Origin: Lama guanicoe
Taxonomy: Eukaryota
Assembly (NCBI GenBank): GCA_013239625.1
Contig: MU053520.1
Location: 648,934 to 712,933 of the forward strand
DNA: 64,000 nucleotides
Direction: 5' to 3'
The notes beneath the pieces are model-generated. The model did not search any database, was not told where the DNA came from, and saw nothing but the letters and a program-made list of their open reading frames with translations. Both the position numbers and the translations under genes were made by a program. Shown one piece after another: positions 26,609-40,269 of this stretch (the stretch's first letter is position 1; every line of letters starts with the position of its first letter).

Positions 26609-27439
26609 TGTAATACTGTGATTTATAATAAAAAAATAGATATTTGTATTCAATACAATACATTCAAAAGTCCAAAATACATTTCTCATAGATATTTGGT
26701 CTTCTTCCATGTTTCCTGACTTACCACTCAAAGCCTTGGTATTTCTTAAGTGTTGAGAGTGATAAGTGTGTCTTTTTTTATATTAATGAGGCGTCTTTCG
26801 GACCTGACTTAAAAGGATGGGGGCTGTTTGCCAATGGAGTCAACTGAGAGTTGAAGTGTTCAGTTCTACCCCTTGACCTCTGGGGAGGGGAAAGGGGACA
26901 GAGATTGAGCTCAAACACCAACGGTCAGTGATTTAATCAACCAAGCTTACGGAATAAAGTCCCCATTAAAAACTCAAAAAGGCAAGGTTTGGAGAGCTTC
27001 CAGGCTGGAGGGCAAGTGGAGATCTGGCGAGACTGGAATACTTGGAGAGAGCATGAAGCTTGGCACCTTTTCCCCATACCTTGCCCTATGTATCTCTTCC
27101 ATCTGGCTGTTTCTAAGTGATAGCTTTTTATAGTAAATCAGTAATCTAATGAGTAAAAGGGTTTCTTGAGTTCTTTAAGTTAATTGAACCCAAGGAGGGT
27201 GTCATGGGAACCTCTAATGCGCAGCACAGAAGCACAGGTGAGAACCTGGGTTTGTGGTTGGCATCTGAAGTGGAATGGAGGCAGTCTTATAAGACTGAGC
27301 CCTTAACATGTGAGATCAGAGGCTATCCCTGGGTAGACAGTGGCAGAATTGAATTGAGAATTGCAGAATATCCAACTTGGGCTATTGGGAAAAACCTCCC
27401 CACACATGTTGGAATTTTGGGTCCTAGAACACCCTAAGG
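26609..27439 (+). mobile_element. MER21-like solo LTR
   Basis: TGTAATACTGTGATTTATAATA start; GACCTCTGGGGAGGGGAAAGGGG, CCCCATACCTTGCCCTATGTATCTCTTCCATCTGGCTGTT, TTGGCATCTGAAGTG; GAAGC at 26604 and 27440 is a possible TSD. Confidence 0.8.
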
Positions 27440-27974
27440 GAAGCTCACTCAAATGCTAAAGTTTACAGAGCACACAGAATACAGCAGTCATAGAGCAAAG
27501 CACGGAAATTCTACCATAAAAAATTTGGAAGGTTTTCTGCTAATAAACCAGAGTATGTGGGTCATATGCTGTCATTTATAAAGGATTACAGCTGATAATT
27601 CACTAAGTGTCAGCATAGCCATTCCTAGGAAAAGAAGTCTTTCTGTCCTTTTTCTCTCCAACAGTTATGGGCTTTATGAAGATGTGCAGATAGAAGAATA
27701 ATGAGGCTCTATATTTAGCCTTGATCTGCAGATATAATGTTCATTATGTGTTTTTTCAATTAATTAAATTGCCACCTTTAAAAGTGCTCATAAAATGGTG
27801 GGAAGAAGGGCAGGGAAAGGAAAGCCGAAGTTTTGCTACAGTAGATACTTTTTTATAGGTACCAGATAGAGCTAATCTAATTCAGTATCACATTGACAAT
27901 AGTTAAAATGAAGCTTACATGTGAAGATGTTCTTTGTATTGCTTCTACTGTCTATCGCTAGAGTACACTCAGTG

Positions 27975-28335
27975 TATTCATAATTACTTTATTTACTCAA
28001 CAAATATTTACTGATTACCAACTCTATATCCATTATTTTTGTAGGAATTAGAGATATAAATGTGAGTAAAACAACAAAAATCTTATTCTCATAAGTCTTT
28101 CATTCTAAAGAGGGAGACAGACAATAAACAAGGCAAAGATGCAAAATATATTGAATGTTAAGTGTGAATAAACTCAGGAAAGATGGAGGATAAGAAGTAT
28201 CAGAGTATTTAGAAAAAGCCTACTAAAAATGGTGTCATGTAGATTAAAAACTGATGGAAGTGAGACAACATGCTCTGTCAATATTCAAGAGAAAAACATT
28301 CCAAGGAGAGAAGCCAGCAAATTCAAAGTTCTGTC
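27975..28335 (-). mobile_element. L2 3' region
   Basis: TTTACTCAACAAATATTTACTGA...GGGAGACAGACAATAAACAAG...AACATTCCAAGGAGAG. Confidence 0.75.
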
Positions 28336-28465
28336 CACCTTACTATATAAAAAGCTCGACAAGAGGGGGCATTGTGTGATTTTTTTTCACACTCCCATCT
28401 ATTGCCAATGTCTAGATTTGTATCTGGCACATGATAGGTGTTTACTTTGTATTTGTTGAAAAGAA
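28336..28465 (+). mobile_element. L2 3' terminus
   Basis: TATCTGGCACATGATAGGTG...TATTTGTTGAA. Confidence 0.6.
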
Positions 28466-29236
28466 AATGTGTTGATATTGAATAAACCTTTTCATCTTGC
28501 TAATTCTTAATATTATCTCAATTCAAATGTTACACACTTAGGAAGTCTTCACCAACTTCTCTTATTGTGTTAGATTGTGTTTTGTCATATACACTTATAT
28601 CATTGTATGTCCTTCCCTTAAGAATGTGTAACACAGTTAGAATTAATTCAATCTGATGTTTATCAAACTTTACCAGAAATCTGGTTTTACACATCATGAT
28701 ATCTCCAGTGACTAATGGTTGACATATCATAAGTTCCCAATAAATGTTTATTGAATGAATGCATGACAACAACATTCTCATGCTTTCCTAAATATGTGTA
28801 TCTCCTGTTCTGAATTATTAGTAAATAAAGATGCATCCAACTTTACACAGAAAATAGAAACCGTCTGATTGGAGCTCTTCATCTGCATAATATCTATACC
28901 TGCACCCATCATTCTTTCATCTTGCAAAAGTAAGCTTCCATCCACAAATGGTTGTTTTTCTTTTTCTTTTTTTTAATGTAATGCTTACAATGATGATGGC
29001 AATGTTGATAAATAACTTTATTTAGCACCCACAAGTTTGCAGACTCTTCTCACTTTTTCAGGAGACTTACGTGATCTCTCATATAATTATACATACTCCC
29101 TTAACTCAGTTTTTAAATGTTCACATTTACCTCTCATTAAAAACAAAATCTTCATTTAAATCGTTACACCCTTCAGATGTTGCTTTATTTATTTTCATCC
29201 ACAGTGTAATATCACAAAAGAGTTTAAGGAAAGCTG

Positions 29237-29930
29237 TTGTGGAAAACAGTATGGAGATTCCTCGAAAGACTAGGAATAGACTTACCATATGACCCAGGAA
29301 TCCCACTCCTGGGCATATATCCAGAAGGAACCCTACTTCAGGATGACACCTGCACCCCAATGTTCATAGCAGCACTGTTTACAATAGCCAAGACATGGAA
29401 ACAGCCTAAATGTCCATCAACAGATGACTGGGTAAAGAAGACATGGTATATTTATACGATGGAATACTACTCAGCCATAAAAACCAACAACATAATGCCA
29501 TTTGCAGCAACATGGATGTTCTTGGAGAACGTCATTCTAAGTGAATTAAGCCAAAAAAAGAAAGAAAAATACCATATGAGATCACTCATACGAGGAATCT
29601 GAAAAAAAAAGAAAAACAAAAACAAAACAGAAATACAAAACAAAAACAGACTCATAGACATAGAATACAAACTTGTGGTTCCCAAGGGGATGTGGGGTGG
29701 GAAGAGACAGACTGGAATTTTAAAATGCAGAATAGATAAACAAGATTATACTGTACAGCACAGGGAAATATATACAAGATCTTGTGGTAGCTCATAGTGA
29801 AAAAAATGTGACAATGAATATATGTATGTCATGTATAACTGAAAAATTGTGCCCTATACTAGAATTTGACACAACATTGTAAAATGACTATAACTCAATA
29901 AAAAGAATGTAAAAAAGAAAAAAAAAAGAA
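29237..29930 (+). mobile_element. Young 5'-truncated L1 (ORF2 C-terminus + 3' UTR + poly-A)
   Basis: Open ORF2 C-terminus (WKTVWRFL...[24 protein letters not shown]...KYHMRSLIRGI*); AATAAA at 29897; AAAGCTG on both flanks as TSD. Confidence 0.95.
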
Positions 29931-30217
29931 AAAGCTGAAAACAGACTATACCTCAATCAATTCTGTTCTTTGCATGTGTCTGAATGTAGTGGATGATACA
30001 AATAAAAAGATACTTGAATAAATGCATAAATGCAAAAAAAATAAAAGAATTGAGAGCTGATTAAACACCTTCACAAAGAAACTATAGAGGCACCACATGG
30101 AGACAGGTAGAAGAGATGAAGACAAAGTATCAATGGGAATCCCACCTCTAATGACTGCAGTAGGGAAGGATATCACTGAGGGGCTCATGTTCAGACTTGC
30201 TTACACTGGGGTACAGC

Positions 30218-30218
30218 A

Positions 30219-30255
<37 letters not shown>
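30218..30255. repeat. (CAA)n microsatellite within L1 5' UTR
   Basis: seen directly. Confidence 0.95.
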
Positions 30256-30256
<1 letters not shown>

Positions 30257-32255
30257 GGGGTTTAAAAGGTACCTAGACTACATGTAAAGAAAATCCACTT
30301 ACTAACCCTAGAACATCTACCAGATGGGTGGGAAACTGCTAGAACTCTCTCTGGGGTCAGAGGCATCAGAGGTCTTTTTTTGGCATTCTCCCTCCACCTC
30401 GACAGTGCAGACAGGATCATGATTCGGATGCTCTGGCCAGCTTGCCATAGCTACCCAGCAAACCCCAGGCCTCTGGTCCATATCAGCTCCAGCCATTCCT
30501 CCAAGGAGAGCCACCCTCACCTGTGTCTACTGCAGCAGTCCAACCAAGGAATCCTGGTGTGATATGCACCAGGACTCCAAGCTCCAGCCTGTGTTTACTC
30601 TAATTCAACCCATCCTACTAGGACAGCCCTGATGCAGCACGATGGGACGCTCCCAGCTCATGCTTGCTTCAGCTCCAGATGTCCAACTCAGGTGCCCTTG
30701 AAGCAGTGCACTCCAGGATGCCCTGGCTCACACCCACTCCAGCCCCAGCTGGTCTGCCAAACAACCCATTGCATGAAGTCTGAACTAGCACAAGGCCACA
30801 CCTTCGAGACTGAGAAAGGTAGCTGTTTAACCCATAGTAATAAACACAGAAAGTCAAACAAAATGAGGAGAGAGAAAAATGTATTCCAAATGAAAGAATA
30901 AGATAAAATCCAAGAGAAAAAAAAAACCTTAATTAAAGAGAGATAAGTAAAGACAAGTCTTTAACCAGATAAAGAGGTAAAAATTGATCATAAAATGTTT
31001 ACCAAACTTGGGAGAAAAATGGAAGAAGATAATAAGAAGTTCAACAAAGAACCAGAAAATATTAGAAAGAACAAGTCAGCAATGAAGAATACAATTACTG
31101 AGACGAAAAATAAACTAGAGGGAGTCAACAGCAGATTAGATGACACAGAAGAATGGATCAGTGATCTGGAAGATAGAATACTGGAAATCACTCAATTAGA
31201 ACAGTAAAAAGAAAAAAGAATTTAAAAAGTGAAGATTGTTTAATGGATCTCTGAGACAATATCAAACATACTAACATTTGCATATTGAGGGCCCAGAAGA
31301 AGAAAAGAGTGAGTAAGGAACAGAAAACTTATTTGAAGAAATAATGGCTGAAAAAATTCCTAACCTGGAGAAGAAAACAGGTATCCAGTTCTAGGAATCA
31401 CAAAGTCCCAAACAAGCTGAACCCAAAGAGATCCACACCAAGACATATCACAATTAAAATGTCAAATTTAAGGAAAAAGAGAATTTTAAGGCAGCAAGAG
31501 AAAAATAACTAGTCACATATAAGAGAACCTCTGTAAAACTATCAGTTGATTTTTTTATCAGAAATTTTGCAATCCAGAAGAGAGTAGCATGATATATGTA
31601 AAATGCTTAAAGAAAAAAATAATTATAATGACAGCAAAACTTCCAACCTCGAATACTCTACATGGCAAGGTTATCATTCAGAACTGAAGGAGAGATAAAC
31701 AGTTTCCCAAACAAGCAAAAATTAAGGGTTCATTGCCATTAAACTAGCCTTAGAATAAATGTTAAATGGTCTCCCTTAAGCAAGAAAGAAAAGGTCATAG
31801 CTAGAAATATGAAAATGCATGAAAAAACGTCTCACTACTATAGGTAAATATATACTAATGACAGTGGATCTGACACTTAAATAGCTAGTTTGAAGGTTAA
31901 AAGCCGAAATTTAAAATCTTGACTCTAACTACAATAAGTACTTAAAGAATGCATCAAATAAAAAAGATGTAAAATATGTTAAAAACACAAAACATGGGAT
32001 GTGGAAAGTAAAAATGTAGTGCTTTTGGAATGTGTTCAAACTTAAGCAACTACCAGCTTAAAATAAACACACACACACACACATACTGCATAGTAACCAC
32101 AAATCAAAAACCTATAAAAGATACACAAAAATAAAGTGAAAGGAACCAAACATAACACTAAAGACACTGATCTGATCAAACTACAAGGGAAGATATCAAG
32201 AGAAAAAGAAAAGAACATAGAAGAACTACAAAATCACCAAGAAAATAATTAACCA

Positions 32256-32729
32256 GCTGGTGGGAATGCAGTTTGGTGCAGCCACTATGGAAAACAGTGT
32301 GGAGATTCCTCAAAAGACTAGGAATAGACTTACCATATGACCCAGGAATCCCACTCCTGGGCTTGTACCCAGAAGGAAATCTACTTCAGGATGACACCTG
32401 CACCCCAATGTTCATAGCAGCACTATTTACAATAGCCAAAACATGGAAACAGCCTAAATGTCCATCAACAGGTGANNNNNNNNNNNNNNNNNNNNNNNNN
32501 NNNNNNNNNNNNNNNNNNNNNNNNNNNNNNNNNNNNNNNNNNNNNNNNNNNNNNNNNNNNNNNNNNNNNNNNNNNNNNNNNNNNNNNNNNNNNNNNNNNN
32601 NNNNNNNNNNNNNNNNNNNNNNNNNNNNNNNNNNNNNNNNNNNNNNNNNNNNNNNNNNNNNNNNNNNNNNNNNNNNNNNNNNNNNNNNNNNNNNNNNNNN
32701 NNNNNNNNNNNNNNNNNNNNNNNNNNNAA
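32256..32729 (+). mobile_element. Young L1 3' fragment nested in the older L1 (partly in an N gap)
   Basis: [24 protein letters not shown]...; exact 17-bp TSD AAGAAAATAATTAACCA at 32239-32255 and 32730-32746. Confidence 0.93.
32476..32727. other. Assembly gap (252 N)
   Basis: run of N. Confidence 1.
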
Positions 32730-35700
32730 AAGAAAATAATTAACCAAAGAGTAATACAGTATATACATACTTATCAAGAATCACCCTAAATATAAAGGAA
32801 CTCAGTGCTTCAGTCAAAAGACATAAGGTTACTGACTAGATAAAAATACAGGATCCATCTATATGCTGTCTATAAGAGAAGCACTTCAGATGCAAAGCCA
32901 CACTCAGACTGAAAGGGTGGAAAAACGGAAATAAAAATAAAAAGAAAGCTAGTGCAGCAGTACCCATATCAGAAAAAAATAGACAGTAAACAAAGACTGT
33001 AACAGAAGACAAAGAAGGGCACTAGATAATTATAAAGGAGTCAATCAAGAGGAAAATATAACATCTGTAAAGACTTATGGACCCAACATAGGAACACCAA
33101 AATATTTAAAGCTATTGTTAACAGAAATAAAAAAAGAAATTGACAGTGATACTAGTAGGAGTTTTTAGCACTTACATCAATGGACAGATATCCAGCCAGG
33201 AAGTCAATAAGGAAACATTGAACTTAAAGAAAACATTAGACCAGCTAGACTTAATGAATATATAAAGGATGTTCTACCCTCAAATAACAGAATATGCATT
33301 CTTTTCAAGTGCAAATGAAACAGATCACATGTTATGCTACAAACCAAGCCTCAACAAATTTAAGAAGACTGAAATCACATCTTTTCTGACCACAATGATA
33401 AGAAACTAAAAATCAATTACAAAAAGAAAATTAGAAAAAACAAACAAACAAACACAGGGAAACTAAATGATATGCTATCAAACAACAAATGGGACAATAA
33501 AGAAATCAAAGAGGAATTCAAAAAATACCTTGTTACAAGTGATAATAAAAACATAACTTTCTAAAACCCATAGAATGCAGCAAAAGTAGTTCTAAGAGAA
33601 GTTTATAGAAAACACAGGTCTATGTGAAGAAACAAGAAAAATCTCAAGTAAACTATCTAACTTTAAACTAAATGAACTAAAAGAAGAAAAACAAAGCCAA
33701 AGTTAGTATAAAGAAATAATAAAGATGTTAGCAGAAATAAATGATATAAGCTGAAAAGAAAGTAGAAAATATCAATGAAACTAAGAGCTGATCTTTGAAA
33801 AGATAACAAAATAAAAAACTTTAGCAAATCTCATCAAGAAACAAAGAGAAATAGTTCAAAGTCAGAAATTAAAGGGAAGTTACAACTGATACCATAGAAA
33901 AACAAAGAATCATAAGAAACTACTATGAATAATAATTCCTCAACAAATTTAACAATCTAAAAGAAATTGACACATTTTTAGAAATATATAATCTTCCAAG
34001 ATCAAATCAGGAAGAAATAGAAAACATAGACTGATTATTACCAATGAAACTGAATAGTAATCCAAAAACACCTAACCAACAAAAAAGTCCAGGACCACAC
34101 AACTTTACAAGTGAATTCTATTGAACACTTAATGCCTATCTTTCTCAGACTATTTCAAAAATTGAAGAGGAAGGAATGCTTCCAAATACTAACTACCAGG
34201 TCAGAATTACCCTGATACAAAAATCAGACAAAGATACTACCAAAAAGGAAAATTATGGGCCAGTATCCCTGGTGAACATAGATGGAGAAATTCTCAATAA
34301 AATATTAGAAAATGAAATTCAACAATACAGTAAAAGGATGATATACCATGATTAAGGAGGATTTATTCTTGTGATTCAAGGATGGGACAATATCTGCAAA
34401 TCAATCAATAAGATACACCACATTAACAAAATGAGGGATAAAAGTCATATGGTTATTTCAATAGGTTTAGAAAAAGTATTTGATAAAATTCAACATCCAT
34501 TTGACATTTGATAAAATATTCAATAAATATTATAAATACTCTTGAGAAATTAAGAAAGCAATTCCATTTTATAGTCTGTCAAAAATAAAATAAAATCCCT
34601 GGGCATAAAATTAACTAATAAGGTGAAAGATTTGTACTATGAAAACTATAAAACATTGATGAAAGAAATTGAAGATGACACAAATAAATGGAAAACATTC
34701 CATGCTCATGGACTAGAATAATTATTACTGTTAGACTTTCAACACTGCCCAGCACAATCTACTGATACAGTGCAATACCTATAGCATTTTATAGGACTCA
34801 AAAGAAAAAAAAAATCCTAAAATTTGCATGAAACCACAAAAGACCTGAAAGAGCCAAAGCAATCTTGAGAAAGAATATAGCTGGATGTATCACATAACTT
34901 GATTTCAAACTATACTACAAGACTATAGTTAAAAAAAAAAAAAGTATGGGACTAGCACAAAAACAAAGATACACAGAACAATGGACCAGAAAGGAGAAGT
35001 AAATCCACCCACTGAATATGGTCAATTAATTTATGACAAGAGGTAAGATTAAATCATGGAGAAAAGATAGTCTTTTCAATAAATGGTGTTGGGAAAATTG
35101 GACAGCTACATGCAAAAGAGTGATACTACACCATTTTCTTAGACTATATGCAAAAATAAACTCAAAATGGGTAAGACTTAAATGTAAGACCTTAAACCAT
35201 AAAACTCCTGGAAGAAAACATAGCCAGTATGCTATTTGACATTGATTTTTACCAGTATTTTTTTGGATATATCTCCTCAGGCATGAACAACAAAAAAACC
35301 AAAACAAACAAATGAACTATATCAAACTAAAAAGCTTTTTCACAATAAAGAAAACCATCAACAAAACAAAAAGGCAGCTTACTGAATAGGAAAAAATAAT
35401 TGTAAATAATATTTCAGTAAGGGGTTAATACCCAAAATATATGAAGAACTCACAAGTCAAAATCATAAACAAACAAAAACAAAACAAAACAAAAAAACAC
35501 AACAACAACAACAAAAAATAAATGCCAACAACACAGTTAAAAATGAGCAGAGGACCTAAATAGACATTTTTTTCCTAATAAGACTTACAGATGGCAGACA
35601 CGACACAATGTTCAACTCTGCTAATCATCACAGAAATACAAAGCAAAACCACAATGAGATACCGTCTCACACCTGTCAGAGTATCTATCATCAAAAACAC

Positions 35701-36002
35701 AACAAATAATAAGTGTTGGAGAAGATGTGGAGAAAAATGCTCACAGGGTGCTATTGGTCAGACTATAAATTGGTGCAGCCTCTATGGAAATCAGCATAGA
35801 GATTATTTAAAAAATTAAAAATAGATTTTCCATATATATGATCCAGCAATTTCACTTCTGGATATTTACCTGAAAAGAACAAAAACACAAATTCAAAAAG
35901 ATATATGCACCCCTATATTCATTACAGCATTATTTACAATAGCCAACATATGGAAACAACCTAAGTGTCCATTGATAGATGAATGAAAAACTAAAATGTG
36001 AT

Positions 36003-36042
36003 TTCTCTCTCTCTCTCTCTCTAGATATATATATATACAGAT

Positions 36043-36087
<45 letters not shown>

Positions 36088-36111
36088 GTATAGATATACA
36101 CAGATACACAC
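36003..36111. repeat. Compound (TC)n(TA)n(GATA)n microsatellite inside L1 ORF2
   Basis: seen directly. Confidence 0.95.
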
Positions 36112-36789
36112 AATGGAATATTACTCAGTCATTCAAAGAATAGTATCTTGCCTTTTTGAAAACATGGATGGACCTAAAAGTTAATATTCTAAGTGAATTA
36201 AGTCAGATTGACACAGATAGATACTGAATGATTTCAATTATATGTGGAAAAACAAAACAAATGAACAAACAGAAAACAGAAACAAACTCATTGATACAGA
36301 GACTTGTGGTTGCTACAGAGTAGGTCTTAGGGGAATAGACAAAATAGGTGTAGGAGTTTAACTGTAACTAATATAATATTGTAAGTCAATCTTACTTCAA
36401 CTTAAAAAAAGAGTGATAGACAACAGTATCAGCCCCATTTTACAGATAAAATAAACTGAAAGAGCTAAAGCTCTCCCAGATAGTGGTGCTTTTTTGGAGG
36501 TATTTCAGGACATTTACTTGATCACTAAAATATTATATAATTTATGTGAAAATGTAAAGTATTATTATGACAATATGGAGAATTAAAAACATCCTGAAAT
36601 ACCTCCAGTTGTAAAATATCTAGAATTGCTAGTTCAACTATTACAAATATCCTGTTAAATACATGCTTAGGCTAAAAATAAGGAAGGATAAAATAATTTT
36701 TTTTAAAGGAAGATAAAAGAAATCAAGAAAAATATATCCAGAGATAAGTTGATAGAGATACCTTAGCTTCCCTGGGAGTATATCAACAT

Positions 36790-36932
36790 CTTTAAAAAAA
36801 AATCAGCTTATTAATAGGGTATAATTGATACACAAGGAGCTCTACATATTTAATGTGTACAATTTGGTGAGTTTGGACGTATGCAAATACCCAGGATATC
36901 ATCATCATAATCAAGGTATTACACCTATTCCA
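36790..36932 (-). mobile_element. L1 3' end (L1MA/MB-like)
   Basis: GGTATAATTGATACAC...ATATTTAATGTGTACAATTTGGTGAGTTTGGAC...CATAATCAAGGTA. Confidence 0.75.
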
Positions 36933-37129
36933 TTCCATCAACAGATACATTGATAAAGCAAAGAATGTGGAATACTACTGTGCATTTAACCATCTTGACA
37001 AACAAACTGTTTGGTTATTGTTATAACAAGAGTGTCAAGAAATAAATCCATAGACCTGCAAAAGGTAGGGAATGGACCAATTCCTATGAAAATAGAACTC
37101 ATGAACTTTTGTGAAGGTGTGTATCAGAA

Positions 37130-38770
37130 ATACCTATCTGATAGAAGAAAGACCCTTGGAAATTTGACTAGGGCAGCCTCGCTGTCGGCTAGACTGTCGA
37201 TCAGAAAAGAAATATCCCCCTTGGACATCTGAATTCACATGCCTCCTCTTACCTGGACTTTGGGTTTGATTTACATTCTCTGGAAAATACAGGAAAATCC
37301 ACACCAATAAAAGGCCACAAAGCAGTGGTAATACTGCAGCAGCAAACACAGCTGTCCTGTAGAAGGACACATCTCCAATGAAGACCAAATAATATTCCCA
37401 CAAATGAAGTTCCTCCAAATGTGAGTTCACAATAAAACCTTCAAAAAAAAAAATACTCATTGTCAGACCCAGTAAATAGCTAACAGAATTAGATAGAATG
37501 ACATAAANNNNNNNNNNNNNNNNNNNNNNNNNNNNNNNNNNNNNNNNNNNNNNNNNNNNNNNNNNNNNNNNNNNNNNNNNNNNNNNNNNNNNNNNNNNNN
37601 NNNNNNNNNNNNNNNNNNNNNNNNNNNNNNNNNNNNNNNNNNNNNNNNNNNNNNNNNNNNNNNNNNNNNNNNNNNNNNNNNNNNNNNNNNNNNNNNNNNN
37701 NNNNNNNNNNNNNNNNNNNNNNNNNNNNNNNNNNNNNNNNNNNNNNNNNNNNNNNNNNNNNNNNNNNNNNNNNNNNNNNNNNNNNNNNNNNNNNNNNNNN
37801 NNNNNNNNNNNTATAAAGAGTTTTAGGTGATGATGGCTGAGAATTTTCCATAATTACAGAATGGAATAGATCCTCTGATTGGGGAAATACAGAAATTTAA
37901 CCAAGATAAATAAATCCATATGTAGACATATCATATTTAAGAGTAAAGATATAAACAAATATCCCAAAAGCCATAGAGAAAAAAACATAGATTACCTGCA
38001 AAGAATTCAATGTGACTATCAAGTGATTTTTCTGGAAGCTACAAGATAACATAATGCTATCCTCCAAACATACTACGAGAAAATGACTATGAGACCATAA
38101 TTGTGTAAATAGTAAGTCCATCATATAAAAAGATATTGAAGTAAAGACATTTTCTGACAGAAATAAACTTAGAATGGTACTACTGCTCAGTTTTTCATAA
38201 ATGAATTTTTAAAAAGATTCTTTGAGAAAAAAAAAAAAGAAACCATAGGAAGAACTGAGATACAAGAAGGAATGGCGGACAGAGACCCTGATAAATACAT
38301 GAGTAAATCCAAGCAAAAACTAATGATGTAAATGTTATAATGTATGTTTTGTTGGTGGGGGAGAAATCAAGGTAGAGTGAAAACATTAGACAACAATAAT
38401 ACAAGGTAGAGAGTGGGGTTAAGAAATAAAGTATTTTAAGTTCCTTCAATTGTGTTAATAATGAATAAACATTTAATTAGATTTTGAAGAGTAACTCTGA
38501 AAGAAGGTAAAGTGTATCTTTTCACATCCCTAGGTAGAAAAATACAATTAAAAACACTCAATTTTTAAAAAGAGAAAAAAGTAAGGTAAAAATATATAGA
38601 AAAATCAGGATTAATGAATCGCAGAACATGGAAAAACCCTAAATATATTAACAAATGATTAGCTCTCTGGTTAAGAACTAAGAGTGATCATATCGATTAA
38701 AAATATATCCAACACTATACACATTATAAGAAATATTTGAAAAAAACACAGACGTACAAAATGTTTAAAA
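37130..38770 (+). mobile_element. Very old L1/HAL1-like 5' region and ORF1 remnant (spans a gap)
   Basis: ATGGCTGAGAATTTTCCA (MAENFP motif), TAGACATATCATA, AGAGAAAAAAACATAGATTACCTGCAAAG, AAAGACATTTTCTGACAG. Confidence 0.6.
37508..37811. other. Assembly gap (304 N)
   Basis: run of N. Confidence 1.
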
Positions 38771-38989
38771 ATATACCCCACAAAGGTGTGAGAAGACTTT
38801 AATGACTTAAAATAGTATCTTTCAATGTTTTGAAGTAACCCTAGCAACAGAGATAAATTACTTCACATCCAGGGTGACCTTAGTTAATCTTTACACTCTG
38901 ATATGTACTTGAAGCCCCATTGTTTAAAGTGTGTGTTTTATTCATGTGTGTGTTTGTTTTCACATAGAATATTGTTTCCCCAAATTCTT

Positions 38990-39170
38990 TCCTGCCTTAT
39001 TTATTTTTCTTCTGAGTATTGTTTTATGTATTTGTTTACTATCTATCTCACTCCAGCAGAATGGAAGCGCTAAGAGGTCAGAAGTTTCTGTCTGGTTCAT
39101 TTGTTGCTATATCTCTGGGGCCCAGAATAGTGCCTGGCAGAAATTCAACAAATTTACATTAATATGATTA
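38990..39170 (+). mobile_element. L2 3' end
   Basis: TTTCTGTCTGGTTCATTTGTTGCTATATCTCTGGGGCCCAGAATAGTGCCTGGCAG. Confidence 0.7.
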
Positions 39171-40269
39171 TTGGCTAATCTATAAACCTGGTCACCAGTA
39201 ATAAATCATTTCTAGGTGATAAGATACTTATTATGCAAATTTATGTATACTCAATCTTTGGAACATAACTGAATTTCATTATGGCATTTAAATAGACATG
39301 CATAAAGAAATGATGGAGGGTAATGAGTGAGATCTGCCTTTAGTTTGTGGGTTCTCCTGTTATTCTGTGTTAATTATCTTTACAAAATAATTTCTGAAGT
39401 CATATTTAATAACTCATTTCTAAAGAAAAAGAATATATTGATGTTACAAAAGGAGGAAGCCAGTTGCTTTAGGTATGAGAAATACATTATATGTCACTGC
39501 AGCCATTGTAATTTTAATTCCTTTTGATTTTAACAAGTATTACATTGTGAGAGTGTTGCAATTTGCAGATATTACTCTGGCATTTAAAAATCTGGAAAAT
39601 TTAAGGTATTTCAGGCAGCTGTAATAAAACTGAAACTCAGACAATAAATATGGCTCTGATAAAACCTCTCCAGGACTTTGGCTTTGCTTTAGCTTTTAAT
39701 GCACTTTGTTCACAGTCCTGCAGTGCTTAGTACCTCATTTATACTCTTTATATATTCAATTCCTGTGTTAGAATAATTTATGAAGATTTAAATCCAAATG
39801 TAATATATTTTAAGAACCATTCATAACCAGGAACACACATCTGCATACATTAAAGCTTAAAAAGCATATCATACATATTTTAAATATAAGCTATCTTTTC
39901 TAACACAATTAAACCCATGAACTCAATGAATATGTTTGATTTTGTCATTTTGATCTGCAGATAAATACATATATGCATAAACAAGTAATAATTTAGTTAT
40001 GCATTTTCTTGCTCATTTCCTGGTTTATTATCTTTTTCTCTTATTGGCAAAATGAAGATTACAATGTGTGTTCAGTATCTCGCCAACAGTCTCATTTGAA
40101 CACACTGCCAAGGGAGTTTATTAAAACCGTAATACGAGGAGGTCTGCATCTGTTATTTAGTCCTCACTAATTTCCATTCCCTTTTACATTACAAAACAGC
40201 AACTTGACTCTCAATTATGGACCCACCAAGCTCTGAGTTTTCACAATTGGGTAAAAGTGAGTCTCACCC

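Larger units (their letters stand above)
30060..36410 (+). mobile_element. Older near-full-length L1: 5' UTR, decayed ORF1 (~30860-31790), decayed ORF2 (~32760-36240), 3' UTR
   Basis: ORF1 coiled-coil peptide (MKNTITETKNKLEGVNSRLDDTEEWISDLEDRILEITQ); endonuclease, RT and C-terminal remnants ([12 protein letters not shown]) with many stops and frameshifts; A tail at ~36404. Confidence 0.92.

Noticed and set aside
30060..36410. Potentially active full-length L1
   Set aside because: Numerous stops and frameshifts, RT core deleted, nested insertion
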